Below, in pieces: positions 17,885 through 24,993 of a DNA stretch of 27,038 bases (position 1 is its first letter; the number at the start of each line of letters is the position of its first letter). Source of the stretch: Candidatus Bathyarchaeia archaeon (GTDB lineage Archaea; Thermoproteota; Bathyarchaeia; Bathyarchaeales; Bathycorpusculaceae); the NCBI GenBank assembly GCA_037481775.1, contig JBBFKZ010000022.1, forward strand, positions 1-27,038, read 5' to 3'. Under the pieces are notes generated by a model that was not told the DNA's origin, did no database searches, and was given only the letters and a program-made list of their open reading frames with translations. Both the position numbers and the translations under genes were made by a program.

Positions 17885-19540
17885 ATGAAACATAATATGA
17901 AAAGTCTAAAGCACAATGGAATCTACGTTCCACAATATGATTACAAGGGCTTTGGCATTAAGATTCAAGGTCACATGATAAAGCTCACGCCGAAAAGCGA
18001 GCAGATGGCTGTTGCGTGGATAAAGAAACGACAATCAACTTTGTCTCCGCCAGACAAAGTTTTCATGAAAAACTTCATGCGGGAATTTTTGGAACAACTG
18101 CAACGCGAAAATTCCTCCCTGCAGTTTTTAGAGGGCTTCACCGCGGAATATTTAAGTAAAATAGAAAATTCAGATGTAACAGACATAAGCAACCCTGATT
18201 CGGCAATTCATCAAGCCATCGATTTTACTGAAATTCTAGATTTTGTGAAACGAGAGAAACTGCTCAAAGAGACCATGACGCCTGCTGAGAAAAAGCAAAA
18301 GGCTGCTGAACGAAAAGCGTTGAGAGAAAAGCTGAAAGCGTATTATGGCTTCGCTGAAGTTGACGGGCAAAAACTGGAAATCGCCAACTGGACAGCTGAG
18401 CCTTCATGCCTCTTTGCAGGGCGCGGTGATCATCCGCAGCGTGGCAGATGGAAAGAGGGGCCGCGTGAAGAAGACATAATATTGAATCTTTCTCCTGAAA
18501 GCCCGCGTCCGCCTGGAAACTGGAAAGACATTGTTTGGGAACCAGATAAAATGTACGTGGCAAAGTGGGAAGATAAGCTTACTGGAAAAATCAAGTATGT
18601 TTGGTTCAGCGACTCGGCTTTTCTTAAGCAGAACCGTGAAAAGGAAAAGTTCAAAAAAGCTGAGATGTTAGGCAAACAAATAGGCAAGATCGAGGAGCAT
18701 ATACTCAAAAACCTTGATTCTGAAGATGAAAAAAGAAGGAAGATTGCCACAGTTTGCTGGCTTATCTTAGGCCCAAACATGAGGGTAGGCGACGAAAAAG
18801 ACCCTGATGAAGCCGACACAGTAGGCGCAATCACGCTTAGGCCAGAGCACATCAAAATTGAAGGCAACACCTTGCATTTCGACTTTTTAGGTAAAGACTC
18901 CGTGCGCTGGATCAAAAGCATGCAGGCACCGCTGTCGGTCATCAGAAACATCAAGGAATGCATGGAGAACTGTAAAGAATACCTGTTTGAAGGTGTAGAC
19001 TCCAAGAAGGTTTCCCGCTTTCTGTCGGAGAAGATGCCGGGGTTAACCGCTAAAGTGTTCCGTACTTGGAGATGCACAAAAACGTTGCGAGAGGAATTGG
19101 CTAAAAGCGGAGTTAAAAAAGACGACCCAGAGTATTTGAAAAAATTTTATGCTAAAATGGCTAATTTGAAAGTGGCTGAAGTTGCCAATCACAAGCGCAA
19201 GATTCCACCCAGTTTTGATGAGCGTCTAGCGAAAAAAGAAGCAAAGCTTAGGGAAATGGAGGCTCAGTTGGCGCAGAAGAAGGCGGAAGGCAAGAAAACC
19301 GCAGCGCTTGAAACCCGAATCGAAAAAGCGCGGCTGGATTTGGAATTAACAAAGCTTACAAAAGAATACAACTTGGGGACATCGCTTAAGTCCTACATTA
19401 ATCCCATGGCTTATGTGGAGTGGGCGCGGAAAGTCTCTTTTGACTTGGAAAAGTTCTATCCAGCAATGTTGCGTAAGAAGTTTAGTTGGGCGCTGCAGCC
19501 CAAGCGGGCTAAAGCTGAAACCGAGTGCGCACCTGCATGA
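17885..19540 (+). CDS. DNA topoisomerase IB (eukaryote-like)
   Basis: LKHNG, EP.LF.GRGDHP..G, KYV, MRVGDEKD..ADTVGA.TLR.EH, DFLGKDS, MPGLTAKVFRT, ANH, coiled-coil linker, LGTSLKSYINP. Catalytic pentad R-K-R-H-Y is intact. AGGAGG upstream. Confidence 0.95.
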   Translation: MKHNMKSLKHNGIYVPQYDYKGFGIKIQGHMIKLTPKSEQMAVAWIKKRQSTLSPPDKVFMKNFMREFLEQLQRENSSLQFLEGFTAEYLSKIENSDVTDISNPDSAIHQAIDFTEILDFVKREKLLKETMTPAEKKQKAAERKALREKLKAYYGFAEVDGQKLEIANWTAEPSCLFAGRGDHPQRGRWKEGPREEDIILNLSPESPRPPGNWKDIVWEPDKMYVAKWEDKLTGKIKYVWFSDSAFLKQNREKEKFKKAEMLGKQIGKIEEHILKNLDSEDEKRRKIATVCWLILGPNMRVGDEKDPDEADTVGAITLRPEHIKIEGNTLHFDFLGKDSVRWIKSMQAPLSVIRNIKECMENCKEYLFEGVDSKKVSRFLSEKMPGLTAKVFRTWRCTKTLREELAKSGVKKDDPEYLKKFYAKMANLKVAEVANHKRKIPPSFDERLAKKEAKLREMEAQLAQKKAEGKKTAALETRIEKARLDLELTKLTKEYNLGTSLKSYINPMAYVEWARKVSFDLEKFYPAMLRKKFSWALQPKRAKAETECAPA

Positions 19541-19830
19541 AGCTTATTGAAACAAAAGAGGGCACACTCATCGAAGTGTTTGTGAAACCAAATCAGCCGA
19601 GATTCAGCATTAAGCTTGAAGGCGATGAGATTACGGTTTTCTGCGTTGAAGAACCTGTCAAGGGTAAAGTGAACAAGGAGATCCTAAAGGAGCTTTCAAA
19701 GCTTTTTCATGCTGAAGTTGCAATAGTTTCAGGGTTCACCTCAAAACAAAAACGGTTGATTATAAAAAACACGCAAGTAACTGAGGCAGAAGCGCTTATC
19801 CACAGAGCTTTAGGGAAAAAACATCAGTAA
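19537..19830 (+). CDS. DUF167 / UPF0235 (YggU-like) protein
   Basis: VFVKPN, EPVKGKVNKE, IVSGFTSKQK. ATGA overlap with the topo IB stop. Confidence 0.85.
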   Translation: MKLIETKEGTLIEVFVKPNQPRFSIKLEGDEITVFCVEEPVKGKVNKEILKELSKLFHAEVAIVSGFTSKQKRLIIKNTQVTEAEALIHRALGKKHQ

Positions 19831-19949
19831 AGTAGCTTGAAGCTGTGCTCATTATTCGCATGCACAGTCTTGTTGGCGGCAAAAGAATTTCAGCCCACAA
19901 AATTAAATACTAGATTTACGTGCAATGAAACAAATCAAAGGGTGAAGCA

Positions 19950-21476
19950 GTGGCAAAACGCGAGATTCGACTGCAATATTCGGGCTATGTCATATTTGCT
20001 GCGAAATTGCTCAGCGTGGCAACTGGACTAATTTTCCAATTCATGCTGGGCAGATCAATTGCAGCGGAAAGCCCTGAATACGCCATTTGGGGAAACATTA
20101 ACACCATAATCCCATATTTCACGTTGCTGGCCGGCGTCGTGCCCTTCTGGGTCATGCGCTACGTCGCGAGAGGAAAAGAAGGCGCAGCTAAAACTGGGCT
20201 TGCAATAAATTTGGTTTTCTCGCTTGTTACCACAACCATCTACTTCTTGGTTATCCCGCTTATGCTGCCATCGCTTCTGGCAGAAGCGGGCGTAGCTAAT
20301 CCCGAGGTGTATCTGCCATTTTACTTAATTGTGTCAGTGCAAATAATCGAGGCATATTTGATTGGATTGTTTGAACCTTGCCTTCAAGCACGCGCACCGC
20401 AGTCTATGGGTTATGGTTTAATCCTGCAGCAACTGTTCCGCGTGATTGTGGGCTACGTGATAATAATTCAGCTTGGTCAGCCTCTGCTGGGCGCGGTAGT
20501 AGCCACCATTATAGCGTTAGCCGCGCAGGCAGCCCTTTACGCTTGGCTCCTTGCAGACGAGTGGGGTCAACCCTTGCGGTGGAGTTACGTGAAAGATTGG
20601 CTTAAAGGTTCCGTCCTAGTAATCTACAGCGTTATAGGCGGCGTAATTGCAAACTTCATTTTTATCATGCTCTTTTACTACGGCGGCTACGGCAGCATGG
20701 ACATTTACTATGCTGCATTGCAAATTGCGAATGTCATTACTTACTCGGGTTCCATATCCTATGCGCTTTACCCGAAGCTTCTGGCAGAGGGAAAAACCGA
20801 GGACATAACCGCCTCTTTGAAGTCAGTTTTGATGTTTGCGCTTCCCATGACCACAGGCGCCATAGCCCTCTCAAGCTCATACATAGTCCTCTTAAGGCCT
20901 GAAACAACCGCGCTGTATCCTGGAGCAGAATTGGTTCTAATAGTTTTAGCGGTGGATTCGCTGGTTTCGGTTGTATCCAGCATTTACAGCTCTGTTGTTG
21001 TCGGCGTGGAAACCGTGGACCGCGAGCGTCTATCCTTCAAGTCGCTGGTTCGAAGCAGATTATTCATGTTGTATTCGCTTTCTTACCTGCATTTTGCCAT
21101 AACAATTCCGGCGACCTATTTTGTTTTAACTACGTTCGCGTTGCATCAGCCGTTTTTGGCGGCTTTCTCAGTCTGCGCCATTAACTCCACAGCGCGTTTC
21201 CTAATGTTTTTGATCTTAGTCGCCATAGTCCGCGGCATGATCAAGATTACGGTACCATGGAAGAGCATAGCCAAGTATACGTTGGCGTCTGCCGTTATGG
21301 GTGGTGTGTTGGCAGTTTTGCCCTACACTAATAGGATTTCAACGACTTTGGCTTGGACGGCTATAGGCGGGGTCGTTTATCTTGCCCTGTTGATGGCGAT
21401 TGATAAAGAAGCGCGGCAGCTGCCTAAGGCTGTGCTGCAAGAGTTAAAACGGAAAAAAAATGATTTCTCAATGTGA
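19950..21476 (+). CDS. MOP-superfamily flippase/exporter (Wzx/MurJ/MATE-like)
   Basis: Many transmembrane helices in 508 aa; ALYPKL and IGGVVYLALL motifs typical of polysaccharide/lipid flippases. Confidence 0.7.
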   Translation: MAKREIRLQYSGYVIFAAKLLSVATGLIFQFMLGRSIAAESPEYAIWGNINTIIPYFTLLAGVVPFWVMRYVARGKEGAAKTGLAINLVFSLVTTTIYFLVIPLMLPSLLAEAGVANPEVYLPFYLIVSVQIIEAYLIGLFEPCLQARAPQSMGYGLILQQLFRVIVGYVIIIQLGQPLLGAVVATIIALAAQAALYAWLLADEWGQPLRWSYVKDWLKGSVLVIYSVIGGVIANFIFIMLFYYGGYGSMDIYYAALQIANVITYSGSISYALYPKLLAEGKTEDITASLKSVLMFALPMTTGAIALSSSYIVLLRPETTALYPGAELVLIVLAVDSLVSVVSSIYSSVVVGVETVDRERLSFKSLVRSRLFMLYSLSYLHFAITIPATYFVLTTFALHQPFLAAFSVCAINSTARFLMFLILVAIVRGMIKITVPWKSIAKYTLASAVMGGVLAVLPYTNRISTTLAWTAIGGVVYLALLMAIDKEARQLPKAVLQELKRKKNDFSM

Positions 21477-21482
21477 GTTACC

Positions 21483-21752
21483 CTATAGCAAAAGCGCGGC
21501 TAGGATTTCTTGGAGCTGCTCTTTGCTTTTTATGCCCTTAAAGATGAGTTTGCCGCTTGGAAACGCGCGGAACGATACATCTCGAAAGGTGAATTCGAAG
21601 ATTATGCCTGAAAGAGAACTTTTCAGCTGGGCTTTGCTGCGGATTTTGGCGAAGGCTTCATCCTTTTTGTCATATTTAAATGTGACTATAGCGCTTTTTT
21701 CTTCACCGCATGTTTCTTCGATTCCTGCAACATAATCTTCGACTGTTTGCAT
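21483..21752 (-). CDS. Small hypothetical protein, last gene of the Fe-S operon
   Basis: TAATG coupling to the sufS stop; EETCG and F.SGKLIFKG motifs. Confidence 0.7.
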   Translation of the reverse strand: MQTVEDYVAGIEETCGEEKSAIVTFKYDKKDEAFAKIRSKAQLKSSLSGIIFEFTFRDVSFRAFPSGKLIFKGIKSKEQLQEILAALLL

Positions 21753-22990
21753 TAGAGCTGCTCAATCTCCCGTAGGATTTCTGCGAAGCGGTCGATTTCT
21801 TCGCGTGTGTTGTAGATGTAGAAGCTCGCGCGCGCGGAAGATTGCAGCTTAAGCATTTGATGCAGTGGCTGGGCACAGTGGAAACCGCTGCGTATCATAA
21901 TGCCATAATTGTCAAGCAGAAGCGCCACGTCATGGGATGATAAGCCTTTGATGCCGAAGGGAATTATGCCGCATTTTAGCTTCGCGTCGGTGGTGCCGTA
22001 AAGCTCAAGTTTAGTGCAGCAGCCTTGAAGCTTGTTTATGGCGTATTCAGTCAGCATCTTCTCGTGTGCTAGGACTTCATGCATGCCTATTCGTTTGAGG
22101 TATTTCACTGCCGCCATTAGCGCGATGGCTCCGCCGATATTGGGTGTTCCCGCTTCAAATTTCCATGGCGGGTCATTCCAGTCTATGCGGCAGCGTCCTG
22201 TCGTCTGGTTGTAGACTACTTCCCGTATCATTTCTCCGCCGCCGTGGAATGGCTCCATGGCTTCGAGTAGATGCCGCTTGGCGAACAGCGCGCCTGTGCC
22301 CGTTGGTCCAAGCATTTTGTGTCCTGAAAAGGCAAGGAAATCCGCGTCGAGGTCTCTGGCGTCCACGGGCATGTGTGGCACAGATTGGGCGGCATCCACG
22401 AGTACTATTGCGCCGTTTTCATGGGCGACTTTGGCTATTCTTTTGACGTCGTTGATGACGCCGCTGACGTTTGAGATGTGGCTGAAGCCGGCGAGTTTGG
22501 TTTTACCAGAAATTTTGCTTTCAAAATCCTGGTAGTCCAGTGTGCCGTCAGCGTTTACGTTAACGTATTTTATTGTGCATCCGGTGATTTTTGCGATTAG
22601 CTCCCAGGGCACGATGTTGCTATGATGCTCCATCAGCGAAAGCAGAATTTCGTCGCCTTTTTTCAGATTATGCAAGCCCCACGCGTAGGCGACAAGGTTG
22701 ATGGCTTCTGTGGTGCCCCTTGTGAAGACTATTTCGGCGGGTTCTCGTGCATTTATGAAGCTGGCGATTTCTTTGCGAGCGTTTTCGTATAGGTCTGTGG
22801 CTTCCTGCGAGAGCGTATGTACGGCTCGGTGTACGTTGGCGTTATGGTTTTCGTAGTAGTCTCTTATGGCTTCGATTACTTGCCGTGGCTTCTGCGTTGT
22901 CGCGGCGTTGTCAAAGTAAATCAGCGGGTTGCCGTTTATTTTCCGCTTTAGTATGGGGAAGTCTTCGCGGATTTTGTAGGGATCTAGGAT
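21752..22990 (-). CDS. sufS: Cysteine desulfurase, group II (SufS-like); N-terminus extended about 105 codons beyond the ORF-track call
   Basis: The frame continues upstream as (I)LDPYKIREDFPILKRKINGNPLIYFDNAATTQKP..NANVHRAVH..FTRGTTEAIN. Also EHHSN, DAAQS, SGHKMLGPTG, EAGTP, RSGFHCAQP, RASFY. Probable ATC start at 22990. Confidence 0.9.
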   Translation of the reverse strand: MLDPYKIREDFPILKRKINGNPLIYFDNAATTQKPRQVIEAIRDYYENHNANVHRAVHTLSQEATDLYENARKEIASFINAREPAEIVFTRGTTEAINLVAYAWGLHNLKKGDEILLSLMEHHSNIVPWELIAKITGCTIKYVNVNADGTLDYQDFESKISGKTKLAGFSHISNVSGVINDVKRIAKVAHENGAIVLVDAAQSVPHMPVDARDLDADFLAFSGHKMLGPTGTGALFAKRHLLEAMEPFHGGGEMIREVVYNQTTGRCRIDWNDPPWKFEAGTPNIGGAIALMAAVKYLKRIGMHEVLAHEKMLTEYAINKLQGCCTKLELYGTTDAKLKCGIIPFGIKGLSSHDVALLLDNYGIMIRSGFHCAQPLHQMLKLQSSARASFYIYNTREEIDRFAEILREIEQL

Positions 22991-23493
22991 TGTTTCTCCC
23001 CCGTGGTTTGGAGTCTTCTTGAGAGCCGTTCAGCGAGTTCTTCCTCTTCCAGCGCTTGCTTCTCCTCGAAAGTTAATTCCGCGGGCAGCCAGCTTGGCGT
23101 CATGCCTTTTTGCTCGTAGTATTTGCGGATTGCCCGTTTGACGGCTCCTACGGCGAGCACGCCACAGTGGAATTTGACGCTTGGCAGGCCGCCTACTTCC
23201 TCGGTTACCTTTTGCCATGTGATGGTTTTCCAGACGTCTTCAAGGCGCATGCCCTTTATCATTTCGGTGACTATGCTTGCGGTTGCGATGTTGGCGGCGC
23301 AGCCGTAGCTTTCGAAGGTAGCTTTTTCCACAATCTCTTGATCGTTAATTTTCATGTAGAAGGTTATCATGTCTCCGCAGGCAGGATTCCCCGCTACTGC
23401 GATGACGTTAGCATCTTCCATTTTGCCCAGGTTCTTGGGGTTTCGGAATAAGTCAAGCACTTTTTGCGTGTAAGGTAGGGGTACGCGTGACAT
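22984..23493 (-). CDS. iscU: Fe-S cluster scaffold, IscU/NifU-N type
   Basis: NPKNLG, GNPACGD, GCAA..AS, LPSVKFHC: three Cys and an LPPVK-like motif. Acidic C-terminal extension. Confidence 0.9.
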   Translation of the reverse strand: MSRVPLPYTQKVLDLFRNPKNLGKMEDANVIAVAGNPACGDMITFYMKINDQEIVEKATFESYGCAANIATASIVTEMIKGMRLEDVWKTITWQKVTEEVGGLPSVKFHCGVLAVGAVKRAIRKYYEQKGMTPSWLPAELTFEEKQALEEEELAERLSRRLQTTGEKQS

Positions 23494-24717
23494 TTATTCA
23501 ACTCCTGTGGAGCCTACTATACCTCTTATACGGTTTACCGCCTTAGGTAATACGTCTAAAACATAGGTTATATCCTCTTCTGTGTGATAGCGCGTGGTTT
23601 TCATGAGTATGCTCCCGTGGGCTTCGCTGAATTTGCGGCCTATGGCAACGAGAACGTGGCTGGGCTGGAGCAGGCGGCGGCTGCAGGCGCTTCCGCTGGA
23701 CACGTAGACGCCTTTTAGGCTTAACTCTATAGTTAAGGCTTCGCCTTCGCAACGTAGGAAGCTTACGTTGGCATTGTCTGGCGAGCGTTTGTCGCCTGCT
23801 GGGCCGTTAAGCCGCACGTCTGTGAGCGTGGCGAATATGCCGTCTACGAGTTTGTCGCGTAGCCGGCGCATACGGTTGACATTGTCTTCGAAATCTTGGA
23901 ACGCCAGTTCAGAGGCTTTTGCGAAGCCAGCTATAAGCGGCGTGTTCTCGACGCCGGGCCAGAGCTTCTGTGTGCCTATCTGTCCCTCAAGAATCTTGTC
24001 TACTTTCACGCCTTCCCGCACGTAGAGCGCGCCTATCCCGCGTGGACCGAGAATTTTGTAGCTGCTTACTGTTGCCAAGTCCACCCGAAGAGCATGTACA
24101 TTGAAGGGGATTCGGCCGTAGGCGTCTGAGGCGTCGGTGTGGAAGAGGGCGTTTGGGTTCCTGTCTTTTACTATTTCCACGGCTTCCTTCAAGGGTTGGA
24201 TGGTGCCAATTTCGTTGTTGACTGCTGCGATGCTTACAAGCACCGTTTCATTATCCACCGCTTCCTTGAGCCGTTCAAGGTCTAAGAAGCCTTCGCTGTC
24301 AACTGGAACTTTAGCGGTTGTGAAGCCGAATTTCTGCAGCAGCTCCGCCACATGCAAGACGTTTATGGGTTCGATGGCGGAGATTACGATTTTTTTGCCC
24401 TTATGCTTGTTGGCAAAAGCGGCGCCCATCAGCGCCAAGTTGTTGGCTTCGGTTTCGCCTGGCGTGAAGGTGATTTCCTCGAGGATTTTGGCGCCTATTG
24501 AGCGGCTGATTTGCTGCGCCGCAATCATTATGGCTTCGAAGGCTTCCCAGCCGGGCTTATGCGTAAGCGTTGGGTTGCCATATGCCCGCTGGCTGTAGTA
24601 GGGCAGCATGGCGTCGACAACTGCTTGCGGCGCCATGGTTGAGTTTTCATTGTCCAAGTAAACCTCGCGTGCAATGCCCTCATGTGCCTTGAGAAGCTCC
24701 CTAACATTTTCAACCAT
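23494..24717 (-). CDS. IscS/NifS-like (group I) cysteine desulfurase homolog with a divergent PLP pocket
   Basis: YLDN, YGNP, EANN, NNEIGTIQP, SSYKILGPRG, SSGSACS, PSHVL. Start moved to ATG 24717 (MVENV). Confidence 0.85.
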   Translation of the reverse strand: MVENVRELLKAHEGIAREVYLDNENSTMAPQAVVDAMLPYYSQRAYGNPTLTHKPGWEAFEAIMIAAQQISRSIGAKILEEITFTPGETEANNLALMGAAFANKHKGKKIVISAIEPINVLHVAELLQKFGFTTAKVPVDSEGFLDLERLKEAVDNETVLVSIAAVNNEIGTIQPLKEAVEIVKDRNPNALFHTDASDAYGRIPFNVHALRVDLATVSSYKILGPRGIGALYVREGVKVDKILEGQIGTQKLWPGVENTPLIAGFAKASELAFQDFEDNVNRMRRLRDKLVDGIFATLTDVRLNGPAGDKRSPDNANVSFLRCEGEALTIELSLKGVYVSSGSACSRRLLQPSHVLVAIGRKFSEAHGSILMKTTRYHTEEDITYVLDVLPKAVNRIRGIVGSTGVE

Positions 24718-24993
24718 ACACACCAAACTCTGCCATAGAAAGAAAAACATAGCACACTTATATACATTGCAACAAGACATTTGCCAAGTGAAAATATGAA
24801 ACAAAGCTGAAATAGACAACTGCCAAAAAGGATGATTCTTACATGACTATTCTTTGGTATTAAAAACTGCCTCGGTAGAACCAGAAGCTTCCAATCGCCC
24901 GCATCCTAACGGTTAGGCGCTTAAAAACGCTAATAACCAGCTCAAGCGCATACTCACTTAATAATACGTCAGTTTGGATGGCGAAAAGAAAAC

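Noticed and set aside
21752-22990. sufS as a truncated pseudogene
   Set aside because: The frame is uninterrupted over 412 codons with all catalytic motifs; only the start codon is atypical.
24718-24819. N-terminal extension of the IscS-like ORF
   Set aside because: No resemblance to the family; it spans a TATA-like element (about 24757-24764), so it is probably promoter DNA.
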